A stretch of DNA of 64,000 bases, from assembly GCF_009914755.1 (NCBI RefSeq), contig NC_060940.1. The stretch is one strand, 5' to 3'. A program made the translations under genes and the position numbers. Positions 30,457 through 44,100 of this stretch are shown here, piece after piece (position 1 is the stretch's first letter; every line of letters begins with the position of its first letter). The DNA is from the human T2T-CHM13v2.0 reference genome, Homo sapiens. The notes beneath the pieces are model-generated. The model saw only the letters and a program-made list of their open reading frames with translations. It searched no databases and was not told the DNA's origin.

Positions 30457-33400
30457 TTAATGATTCCATTTGATTCCAGTCTCTGATGATTACATTTGAG
30501 TCCATACGATGATTCCACTCAATTCCATATGATGATGATTCCATTCGATTCCATTCGATGATTCCATTCTATTCTATTCAATGGTGATTCCATTCGAGTA
30601 CATTAGATGATTCCATTCGATTCCATTCAATGATGATTCTATTTGTGTCCCTTAGATGATTCCACATGATTCCATTAGATGATGATACTATTTGAGCCCA
30701 TCCAATGATTCCCTTCGATTCCATTCGATGAGGATTCCATTCGATTCAATTCATTGGTGATTCTATTCAATTCAATTCTTTGATTCCATTCCATTCCATT
30801 CGACAATGATTCCATTCGATTTCTTTCGATGATTCCACTCGATTCCACTTGACATTGATTCCCTTCGATTCCATTCAATGATTCCATTTGATTCCAGTGG
30901 ATGATGATTGCCATCGATTCCATTTGATCACTCCATTCTATTCCACTTGATGATGATTACATTCGATTCCATTTGACGATTCCATCTGATTCTATTCGAG
31001 GATTCCATTTGATTCCATTCGATGATGATTCCATTCGAGTCCATTCGATGATATCATTCGAGTACATCCAATGATTCCATTCGAGTCCATTTGATGATTC
31101 CATTTGATTCCATTTGATAATGATTCTACTAGAGTCCATTCAATGACTCCATTGGAGTCCATTCAACAATTCCATTCGACTCCATTTGATGATTCCATTG
31201 GATTCCATTTGATGATTCCATTCGAGTCCATTTAATCATTACAGTCGAGTCCATTTGGTGATTCCACCGGATTTCTTTTGATAATGATACCATTCAATTA
31301 CATTTGATGATGATCCCATTCAATTTCATTTGATGATGATTCCATTAGAGTCCATTCGATGATTTCATTCGAGTCCCTTCATTGATTCCATCCGATTTCA
31401 TTGGATGATGACTCCATTCGAGTCCATTCGATGATTCCACTCGATTCCATTAGATGATTCCATTGGAGTCCATTTGATTGTTCCATTCGATTCCATTCGA
31501 TTCCTTTCGAAGATTATTCCATTTGAGTCCATTCGATGATGATTCCATTCCATTCCATTCGATGATTCCGTTTGATTCCATTTGATGATTCCCTTCGATT
31601 CCTTTCTTTGATGATTCCATTCCATTCCATTCAATGATTCCATTCGAATCTATTCCATGATGATTCCTTTCGATTCCATTCGCTGATGTTTCCGTTCAAT
31701 TCCATTCGATGATGATTCCATTCGATTCCATTCATTGAGGATTCCATTTGATTCCATTCAATGATGATTCCGTTCTATTCCATTCAATGATTGCATTCAA
31801 TTCCATTCAGTGATTATCCCCTTAGAGTAAACTCAACGATTCCATTCAATACCATTCGATGATGATTCCTTTTGAGTCCATTCAATGATTTCATTCAAGT
31901 CCATTTGATGATTCCTTTGAATTCCATTCTATGATGATTCCATTCGAGTCCATTCGATGATTCCATTCGATTGCATTCGATGCTTCCATTATATTCCAGT
32001 CAACGATGATTCCATTCGAGTCCATTCGATGATTCCATTAGAGTACATTTAATGATTGCTTTGTTTTCAATTCGAAGATGATTACATTGGATTCCATTCT
32101 ATGATACCATTCGATTCCATTCAATGATGATTCCACTCAAATCCATTGGATGATTCCATTCGTGTCCATTCGGTGATTTCATTAGATTCCATTCGAGGAT
32201 GATTCCATTCGATTCCATTCGATGATTCCATTCAATTCCATTCGAGGATGATTCCATTCCAGTCCATATGATCATTCCATTTGATTTCATTCGATGATGA
32301 TTCCATTCGATTCCATTCGATGATTCCATTCTATTCCTTTCGATGATGATTCCATTCGAGTCCATTCGATGATTCCATTCGAGTCCATTTAATGATTCCA
32401 TTGGGTTCAATTCAATGATGATTACATTGGATTCCGTTCTATGATTCCATTCAATTCCGTTCATTGACAATTTGATTCCATTCGATGATGATTCCATTTG
32501 AGTTCATTCGATGATTCTATTCGATTCTCTTCGATGGTGATTCAATTCTATTATATTGGATGATTCCATTCGATTCCATTTGATGTTGATTCAATTCGAT
32601 TCTATTCGATGATGATTCCATTGGATTTCACTTGATGATTCTATTCGATTCCATTCAATGATGATTCACTTCTCGTCCATTGGATGATTCCATTTCATTC
32701 CATTCGATGATGATTCCATTCGATTCCATTCGATGATTCCATTTGATTCCATGCGTCGGTGAGCAATTCGATTCAATTCCATGATGATTCTATTTGATTC
32801 AATTAGATGATGTTTCCATTCGAATCCATTCCATGATTATTCCATTGGAATCCATTCGGCGATGATTCCATATGAGTCAATTCAATGATGATTCCATATG
32901 GGTCCGTTCGATGATAATTCCATTTGATTTCATTCGGTGCTTCTATTCAATTCCAGTCGATGATGATTCCGTTGGAGTCCATACGATGATTCCATTTGAT
33001 TTCATTTGATGATGATTCCATTCGATGATGATTACATTGGATTCCATTCTATGATTCCATTCAATTCCATTCGTTGATGATTCGATTCCATTCAATGATG
33101 ATTCCATTTGAGTTCATTCGATGATTCTATTCGATTCCGTTCGATGGTGATTCAATTCTCTTATATTGGATGATTCCACTCGATTCCATTTGATGATTAT
33201 TCCATTGGAGTCCACTTAGGGAATCCTTCAGATTCTTCTCGAAGATGAATCCGTTCAAGTCCATTCAATCATACCATTCAATTTCATTCGTTGATGCTTC
33301 CATTCAAGTGCATTCGATGATATCATTCGATTCCATTTGATGATAATTCCATTTGATTCCATGCGATGATTCTATTCGATTCCATTCAATGATAATTCCA

Positions 33401-35138
33401 TTCAGTTCAGTGATTCCTCTGAACTCCATTTGATGATGATTCCATTCAATGATTCCATTCGTTTCTATTCCAAAATGATTCCATTTGAATCCATTTGATG
33501 ATGATTCCATTAGATTCCATTTGATGATTCCATTCGATTCCATGCGACGATGATTCCATTCGATTCCATGTGATGATTCCATTCTATTCTATTCGATGAT
33601 GATTCCATTCGATTCCATTCGATGATGATTGGATTCGATTCCATTTGATGATTTCATTTGATTCCATTCGTTAATGATTTCGATCAATTCCATTCGATGA
33701 TTCCATTCGATTCCATTCGATAATGATTACATCCGTGTCCATTCAATGATTCCATTTGAGCCTGTTCGATAATTCCATTTGAGTCCAACCAATGATTCCA
33801 TTCATTTCCCTTCAATGATTCCATTCGAGTCCATTTGATCATTCCGGTAGGGTCCATTCGATGTTGATTCCATTGGAGTGCATTCGATGATTCCATTCGA
33901 GTCTATTTTATGATTTGATTCGAGTCCTTTCGATGATTCCATTCGATTCCACTCGATGATGATTTCATTCGAGTCCATTCGACACTTCCAATCGATTCCA
34001 TTTGATGTTTCCATTCGAGTCCAATTGATGATTCCATTCAATTCCATTCGATGATGATTCCGTACGATTCCATTCTGTGATGATTCCATGTGATTGCATT
34101 CAATGATGATTCCTTTAGATTGCATTCGATTGTGATTCATTTCGTCTTCATTCTATGGTTCCACTGGTTTCCATTCGTGTCCATTCCATTATTCCATTCT
34201 ATTCCATTTGATGATGATTCCATTCGATTCCATTCATTGGTGATTCCACTCAATTCCATTCAATGATTCCATTCCATTTCTTTCAACAATGATTCCATTA
34301 CTTTCTAATCGATGATCCACTTGATTCCATTTGACGACGATTCCATTCTTGTCCATTCGATGATTCCATTTGATTCCATATGATGATGATTCCATTCGAT
34401 TCCATACCATGATGATTCCATTCGAGTCCATTCAATGGTGATTCCATTCAATTCCATTCGATGATTCCTTTTGATTCCATTCGATGATGATGGCATTCGA
34501 TTCCTTTCAATCATACCCTTTGATTCCATTCAAAGGTGATTTCATTCAAGTCCATTCGATAATTGCATTCGATTCCATTCTATGATGATTCCATTCGAGT
34601 CCATTTGATGATTCCATTCAATTCAAGTCAATGATGATTCCATTCGATTCCATTCGATGATTCCATTGGATTCCATTCGATGATGATTCCATTCAAATCC
34701 ATTCGATAATTCAATTCAAGTCCATTCGATGATGATTAAAATCGAATCCATTCAAAGATTCCATTCAGTTCCATTCGATGATTCCCTTAGATTCCATTCG
34801 ATGATTCCACTTGATTTCATTTACGATGATTCCATTTGATTCCATGTGATGATTCCATTCAATTCTATTCAATGCTGTTTCCATTTGATTCCATTCGACC
34901 ATGATTGCCTTTGATTCCATTCAATGACTCCATTCGGTTCCTTTTGATGATGATTCCGTTCGATTCCATTTCATTATTCCATTTGATTCCATTGGATGAG
35001 TCCATTCGATTACATTCGATGATTATTCCATTCGAGTGCATAAGATGATTCCATTCGAGTCCATTCGATGATTCCATTAGATTCCATTCGATGTTGATTC
35101 TGTTCAAATCCATTCGATGATTCCACTCGATTCCATTC
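30457..35138 (+). repeat. Truncated 6.1-kb unit, copy 6 (first ~4.68 kb)
   Basis: Collinear with copy 1 at +30,456 until CCACTCGATTCCATTC (ends 35138), then continues AGTGATGATTCC instead of GATGACTCCAGTTG. Confidence 0.9.
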
Positions 35139-38100
35139 AGTGATGATTCCATTTGATTCCATCTGATGATGATTTCATTTGATTCCATTCGATGATGATT
35201 CCATTGTAGTCCATTGAATGATTCAATTCAATTCCATTCCATGTGGATTCCATTCGAATTCATTCGATTATTCCATTCAAATCCCTTCGTTGATTCCATC
35301 TGATTCCACTTGACGATGATTCCATTCAAGTCCAATCGATGATTCCATTCGGTTCCATTCAGTGATTCCATTCGAGTCCATTTATGTATTATATTCGTGT
35401 CCACTTGATGACTCACTCCATTCAATTCCATTTAATGATGATTCCATTTGATTCCATTTGATGATTCAGTTCGATTCCTTACAATGATTCCCTACGATTC
35501 CTTTCTATGATGATTCCATTCGATTCCATTCATTGATGATTCCATTCGACTCCATTCGATGATGATTCCTTTCGATTCCATTTGACGATGTTTCCATTTG
35601 AGTCCATTCGATGATGATTCAATTCAGTTCTGTTCTATTATGAATCCATTCGATTTCATTCAATGCTTCTATTTGATTCCATTCGACGATGATTCCATCT
35701 CTTTCCCTTCGATGTTTCCATTTGATTCCATTCAGTGATGATTCCATTTGATTCCATCTGATGATGATTTCACTTGATTCATTTCAATGATGATTCCATT
35801 CAAGTCCATTCGATGATTCCATTGGAGTCCAAACGATCATTCCATTCGATTCCATTCAATGATGATTCCATTCATGTCCATTCAATGAATCCTTTCAATT
35901 CCATTCGATGATGACTCCATTCGAGTACATTCGATGATTCCATTTGATTCCATTTGATGATGATTACATTCAATTCCATTCGAAGATGATTCCATTCAAT
36001 TCCACTTGATGATGATTCCGTATGAATCCATTCGCTGATTATTCCATTCGATTCCATTCATTGACGATTCCATTCGATTCCATTCAATGATGATGCTCTT
36101 CTATTCCATTCGATGATTCCGGTCGATTCCATTCGATGATGATTCCATTAGATTCCATTCGATTGTTGCATTCGATTCCCTTCGATGATGATTCCTTTGA
36201 ATTCCATTCGATTATGATTCCGTATGAATCCATTTGATGATTATTCCATTGGATTCCTTTCGATGATGATTCCATTCGATTCCATTTGATGATGTTTCTC
36301 ATGTATTCCATTTGATAATTCCTTTCAATTCCCTTCGATGATGATTCTTTCGAGTCAATTCGATGATTCTATTCCATTCCCTTCGATGATGATTCCATTT
36401 CACTCCATTCGATGATTCCATTCGATTCAATTTGGTGATGATTCAATTCGATGACATTCGATGACTCCATTCAATTTCATTTGATGATGATTACATTCGA
36501 GTCCATTTGATGATTGTATTCCTTTCCTTTTGATGATTATTCCATTCGTGTCTATTCAAAGATTCCATTCTATTCCATTCAATGATGATTCCAATTGATT
36601 CCATTCAAGGATTATGGCTATCGATTCCACTCGTTGATTCCATTTGATTCCATTCGATGATTATTCCGTTAGATTCCATTAGGAGATTCCATTCGATTTT
36701 ATTCAATGATTCCAATTGATTCCATTCAATGATGATTCCATTCGACTCCATTCAGTGATTCCATTTGAGTCCATTTGATGATTCCATTCGAGTCCATTTG
36801 ATGATTCCATTCTTTTCCATTTGATGATGATTCCATTAGGGTCCATTCAATGATTCCATTCGAGTCCATTCGTTAATGCCTTTCGAGTCCTTTTGATCAC
36901 TACATTCGAGTCCATTCAATGATTCTATTCGATTCCATTCCATGATGATTCCATTCGAGTTCATTCGATGATTGCATTCGAGTCCATTTGATGATTCCAT
37001 AAGATTCCATTCGACAATGATTCCATTCGTGTCCATTTGATGATTCCATTCATTTCCTATCGATGAAGATTCCATTCGAGTGTATTCGATGATTCCATTC
37101 AAATCCATTCGATGATGATTCCATTCCAGTCCATTCGATCATTCCACTTGATTCCATTTGATGACTATTCCATTCAAATCCATTTGATGATTCCATTCGA
37201 TTCCATTCGATGTTACCATTCCAGTATATACGATGATTCCACTCGATTCCATTTGATGATTATTCCATTGGAGTCGACTTAGTGAATCCTTTAGATTCTA
37301 CTCGAAGATGATTCCATTCGAGTCCATTCGATGATACCATTCAATTCCATTCGTTGATGCTTCCATTCAAGTGCATTCGATGATATCATTCGATTCCATT
37401 TGATGATAATTCCATTTGATTCCATGTGATGATTCTATTCCATTCCATTCAATGATAATTCCATTCAATTCAGTGATTCCTCTGGACTCCATTTGATGAT
37501 GATTCCATTCAATGATTCCATTCGATTCTATTCGAAAATGATTCCATTTGAATCCATTTGATGATGATTCCATTCGATTCCATTTGATGATTCCATTCGA
37601 TTCCATTCGACGATGATTCCATTCGATTCCATTTGATGATTCCATTCTATTCTATTCGATGATGATTCCATTCGATTCCATTCGATGATGATTGGATTCG
37701 ATTCCATTTGATGATTTCATTTGATTCCATTCGATGATGATTTCGATCAATTCCATTCGATGATTCCATTCGATTCCATTTGATAATGATTACATCCGAG
37801 TCCATTCGATGATTCCATTTGAGCCCGTTCGATAATTCCATTTGAGTCCAATCAATGATTCCATTCATTTCCATTCAATGATTCCATTCGAGTCCATTTG
37901 ATCATTCCGGTAGGGTCCGTTCGATGTTGATTCCATTGGAGTGCATTCGATGATTCCATTCGAGTCCATTTTAGGATTTGATTCGAGTCCTTTCGATGAT
38001 TCCATTCGATTCCACTCGATGCGATGATGATTTCATTCGAGTCCATTCGACACTTCCAATCGATTCCATTTGATGTTTCCATTCGAGTCCAATTGATGAT

Positions 38101-41100
38101 TCCATTCAATTCCATTCGATGATGATTCCGTACGATTCCATTCTGTGATGATTCCATGTGATTGCATTCAATGATGATTCCTTTCGATTGCATTCGATTA
38201 TGATTCATTTCGTGTTCATTCTATGGTTCCACAGGTTTCACATCGTGTCCATTCCATTATTCCATTCTATTCCATTTGATGATGATGCCATTCGATTCCA
38301 TTCATTGGTGATTCCACTCAATTCCATTCAATGATTCCATTCCATTTCTTTCAACAATGATTCCATTAGTTTCTAATCGATGATCCACTTGATTCCATTT
38401 GACGATGATTCCATTCTTGTCCATTCGATGATTCCATTTGATTCCATATGATGATGATTCCATTCGATTCCATACGATGATGATTCCATTCGAGTCCATT
38501 CAATGGTGATTCCATTCAATTCCATTCGATGATTCCTTTCGATTCCATTTGATGATGATGGCATTCGATTCCTTTCAATCATTCCCTTTGATTCCACTCA
38601 AAGGTGATTTCATTCAAGTCCATTCGATAATTGCATTCGATTCCATTCTATGATGATTCCATTCGAGTCCATTTGATGATTCCATTCAATTCAAGTCAAT
38701 GATGATTCCATTCGATTCCATTCGATGATTCCATTGGATTCCATTCGATGATGATTCCATTCAAATCCATTCGATAATTCAATTCACGTCCATTCGATGA
38801 TGATTCCAATCGAATCCATTCAAAGATTCCATTCAATTCCATTCGATGATTCCCTTAGATTCCATTCGATGATTCCACTTGATTCCATTTACGATGATTC
38901 CATTCGATTCCATGTGATGATTCCATTCAATTCTATTCAATGATGTTTCCATTTGATTCCATTCGACCATGATTGCCTTTGATTCCATTCAATGATTCCA
39001 TTCGGTTCCGTTTGATGATGATTCCGTTCGATTCCATTTGATGATTCCATTTGATTCCATTGGATGAGTCCATTCGATTACATTCGATGATTATTCCATT
39101 CGAGTGCATTAGATGATTCCATTCGAGTCCATTCGATGATTCCATTCGGGTCCATTCGATGATTCCATTCGATTCCATTCGATGTTGATTCTGTTCAAAT
39201 CCATTCGATGATTCCACTCGATTCCATTCGATGACTCCATTTGATCCCATTCGATGATTTCCTTTGATTCCCTTTGATGATCATTCCATTTGATTCAATT
39301 CGGTGATTTCATTGGATTCCATTCAGTGATGTTTCCATTCGACTCCATTCGATGATGATTCCATTCGACTACATTCGATTATGATTTCATTCAATTCCAT
39401 TCGATAAAGATTCCCTTCGAGTCCAATCGATGATTCCATTCGATTCCATTCAACGATGATTTGATTCGTGTCCATTCGATGATTCCATTTGATTCCACTT
39501 GATGAGGATTCCATTCGAGTCCATTTGATGATTCCATTCAATTCCATTCTCCGATGATTTCTTTTGAGCCCATTCAATGCTTCCACTCGATTACATATGA
39601 TGATGACTCCATTCGATGAAACTCGATGATGATTCCATTCGCTTGCATTCGATGATGATTCCACTTGAGTCCGTTAGAAGATTCTATTCAATTACATTCC
39701 ATGACGATTCCGTTCGAGTCCATTTGATGATTCCATTAGACTCCATTCCACGATGATTCCATTCGATGTTATTCGATGATTCCATTCGATCTCATTCGTT
39801 GATGATTCCATTCAACTCCATTCGATGTTTCCATTCGAGTTCATTCTATTATTCCATTAGATTCCATTCGATGATGATTCCATTCGATTCCATTTGATGA
39901 TTGCATTCTATTTCATTTGATGAGGATTCCATTCGAGTCCACTCGATGATTCCATTCGAGTCCATTTAATGAATCCATTGGTTTCAATTCTATGATGATT
40001 ACATTGGATTCCATTCGTTGATGATTTCATTCGGTTCCATTCAATGATGATTCCATTCAATTCCTTTCAATGTTTCCATTCAATTCCATACGATGATGAT
40101 TCCATTTGATTTGATTCGACAGTGAGCCATTCGATTCAATTCCATGATGATTCTATTTGATTCACTTGGTTGACATTTCCATTCGATTCCATTCGATGAT
40201 GATTCCATTTGATTCCATTCAAAGATGATTCCATTCTAGCCCATTCAATCATTCCATTCGATTCTATTCAATGATGATTCCATTCATGTCGATTTGGTGA
40301 TTCCATTTGACTTCATTTGATGATGATTCCTTTCAAGTTCATTAGATGATTCCATTCGATTCCATTTGATGATGATCCCATTCGAGTCCATTCAGTGATT
40401 CCATTCGTTTCCATTCCATGATGATTCCATTCCATTCCATTCAATGATTCCATTCGATTCCGTTTGATGATGATTTCATTCGAGTCCATTTGATGATTCC
40501 ATTTGATTCCATTCGATGATGATTCCATTCGAGTCCATTCGATGATTCTATTCGAATCCATTTGATGATTTCTTTTGATTATATTTGGTGATGATTCCAT
40601 TGGAGTCCATTCAATGATTCCATTCGATTCCAATCGATGGTGGTTCCATTAGAGTCCATTTAATGATTCCATTTGATTCCAGTCTCTGATGTTTACATTC
40701 GAGTCCATACGATGATTCCACTCAATTCCATATGATGATAATTCCATTCGATTCCATTCGATGATTCCATTCTATTCTATTCAATGGTGATTCCATTCGA
40801 GTACATTAGATGATTCCATTCGATTCCATTCAATGATGATTCTATTTGTGTCCCTTAGATGATTCCACATGATTCCATTAGATGATGATACTATTTGAGC
40901 CCATCCAATGATTCCCTTCGATTCCATTCGATGAGGATTCCATTCGATTCAATTCATTGGTGATTCTATTCAATTCAATTCTTTGATTCCATTCCATTCC
41001 ATTCGACAATGATTCCATTCGATTTCTTTCGATGATTCCACTCGATTCCACTTGAAATTGATTCCATTCGATTCCATTCAATGATTCCATTTGATTCCAG

Positions 41101-44100
41101 TGGATGATGATTGCCGTCGATTCCATTCGATCACTCCATTCTGTTCCATTTGATGATGATTACATTCGATTCCATTTGATGATTCCATCTGACTCTATTC
41201 GAGGATTCCATTTGATTCCATTCGATGATGATTCCATTCGAGTCCATTCGATGATTTCATTCGAGTACATCCAATGATTCCATTCGAGTCCATTTGATGA
41301 TTCCATTTCATTCCATTTGATTATGATTCTACTAGAGTCCATTCAATGACTCCATTCGAGTCCATTCAACAGTTCCATCCGAGTCCATTCGATGATTCCA
41401 TTCGATTCCATTTGATGATTCCATTTGAGTCCATTTAATCATTACAGTCGAGTCCATTTGGTGATTCCACTGGATTTCTTTTGATAATGATACCATTCAA
41501 TTACATTTGATGATGATCCCATTCAATTTCATTTGATGATGATTCCATTAGAGTCCATTCCATGATTTCATTCGAGTCCCTTCATTGATTCCATCCGATT
41601 TCATTTCATGATGACTCCATTCGAGTCCATTCGATGATTCCACTCGATTCCATTAGATGATTCCATTGGAGTCCATTTGATTGTTCCATTCGATTCCATT
41701 CGATTCCTTTCGAAGTTTATTCCATTTGAGTCCATTCGATGATGATTCCATTCCATTCCATTCGATGATTCCGTTTGATTCCATTCGATGATTCCCTGCG
41801 ATTCCTTTCTATGATGATTCCATTCCATTCCATTCAATGATTCCATTCGAATCTATTCCATGATGATTCCTTTCGATTCCATTCGCTGATGTTTCCGTTC
41901 AATTCCATTCGATGATGATTCCATTCGATTCCATTCATTGAGGATTCCATTGGATTCCATTCAATGATGATTCCATTCTATTCCATTCAATGATTGCATT
42001 CAATTCCATTCAATGATTATGCCATTAGAGTAAATTCAACGATTCCATTCAATACCATTCGATGATGATTCCTTTTGAGTCCATTCAATGATTTCATTCA
42101 AGTCCATTTGATGATTCCTTTCAATTCCATTCCATGATGATTCCATTCGAGTCCATTCGATGATTCCATTCGATTGCATTCGATGATTCCATTATATTCC
42201 ATTCAACGATGATTCCATTCGAGTCCATTCGATGATTCCATTAGAGTACATATAATGATTGCTTTGTTTTCAATTCGAAGATGATTACATTGGATTCCAT
42301 TCTATGATTCCATTCGATTCCATTCATTGATGATTCCACCCGATTCCATTCGATGATGATTCCACTCAAATCCATTGGATGATTCCATTCGTTTCCAATT
42401 GGTGATTTCATTAGATTCCATTCGAGGATGATTCTATTCGAGTCCATTCAATGATTCCATTGGATTCCGTTTGATAATGATTCCATTAGAGTTCATTCGA
42501 TGATTCCCTTCGAGCCCATTCGATTATTTCTTTTGATTCCATTTGATGATGATTCCATTCGATTCCATTCAATGATTCCATTCCATTCCATTCGATGATG
42601 ATTCCATTCGATAATGATTACATTCGAGCCCATGTGATGATTCCATTAGATTCTATTCAATGATGATTCCATTCGACCACATTCGATGATGGCATTCGAG
42701 TCCATTCGATGATTTCACTCGATTCCACTTGATGATGATTCCTTTTGAGTCCATTTGATGATTACATTCGAGTCCATGAGATGACTCCATTCGATTCCAT
42801 TTCATGATGATGCAATTCGAGGCTATTCGATCATCCCATTTTAGTGCATTCGGTGATTCTCTTTTATTACATTCGATGAGGGCTCCATTCGAGTCCATTC
42901 AATGATTCCATTAGATTCCACTCGATGATGATTCCATTTGAGTCCATTCAAAGATTCCTTTCGAGTCCATTCGATAATTCTATTGGATTCCACTAGGTGA
43001 TGATTCCTTTCGAGTCAATTCGATGATTCCTTTCAAGTGCCTTCAATGATTCCATTCGATTCCATTCGATGACGATTCATTTCAAGTCCATTCAATGGTT
43101 CCATTCTGTTGAATTTGATGGTTCCATTTGATTCCATTCGATGATGATTCCATTCGTGTCCATTGGATGATTCCATTCGATTCCTTTCGAGGAAGATTCC
43201 ATTCGACTCCATTCGATGATTCCGTTCGATTCCATTCCATGATGATTCCATTTGATTCCATTCCATGATTCCATTCGATACCATTCGATGATGATTCCAT
43301 TCGACTCCATTTGATGAATCCATTCAATGCTTCCATTCGAGTCCATTCGATGATTCCATTCGATTCCATTCCATGAAGATTCCATTCGAGTACATTTGAT
43401 GATTCCATTTAATTCCATAGGATGATGATTCTATTAGGGTCCGTTGACTATTCCATTCAATTCCATTCGAAGATTCCATTCGAGTCCACTCGATGATTCT
43501 ATTTGATTCCATTTGATAATTCCATTCGATTCCATTTGATGTTGATTCCATTCGAGTCCATTCGATCATTATTACATTTGATTCTATTCGATGATTCCAT
43601 TCGATTCCATTTGATGAGGATTCCATTCGAGACCATTTGATGATTCCATTCAATTCCATTGGATGATTCCAATATTTTCCATTAGATGATGATTCCATTC
43701 GATTCCATTCAATGATGATTCCATCAGAATCCATTCGATGATGACTCCTTTTGCTTCCATTCAATGATCATTACATTCGGTTCCATTCGATGATGATTCC
43801 TTTGGATTCCATTCGATGATGCTTCCATTCGATTCCATTTGATGATGATTCTTTTCGATTCCATTTGATGATGATTCCATTTGATTCCATTCGATGGTGA
43901 TTCCATTTGATGATTCCATTCGATTGTATTCGATGATGATTCCACTCGATTCTATTTGATGATGACTGCATTCGATTCCATTTGATGATTCCATTTGATT
44001 CCATTCGATGATGATTCTGATCAATTGCATTCGATGATCCATTCGATTCCATTTGATGGTTCCATTTGATTCCATTTGATAATGATTCCTTTCGAGTCCA

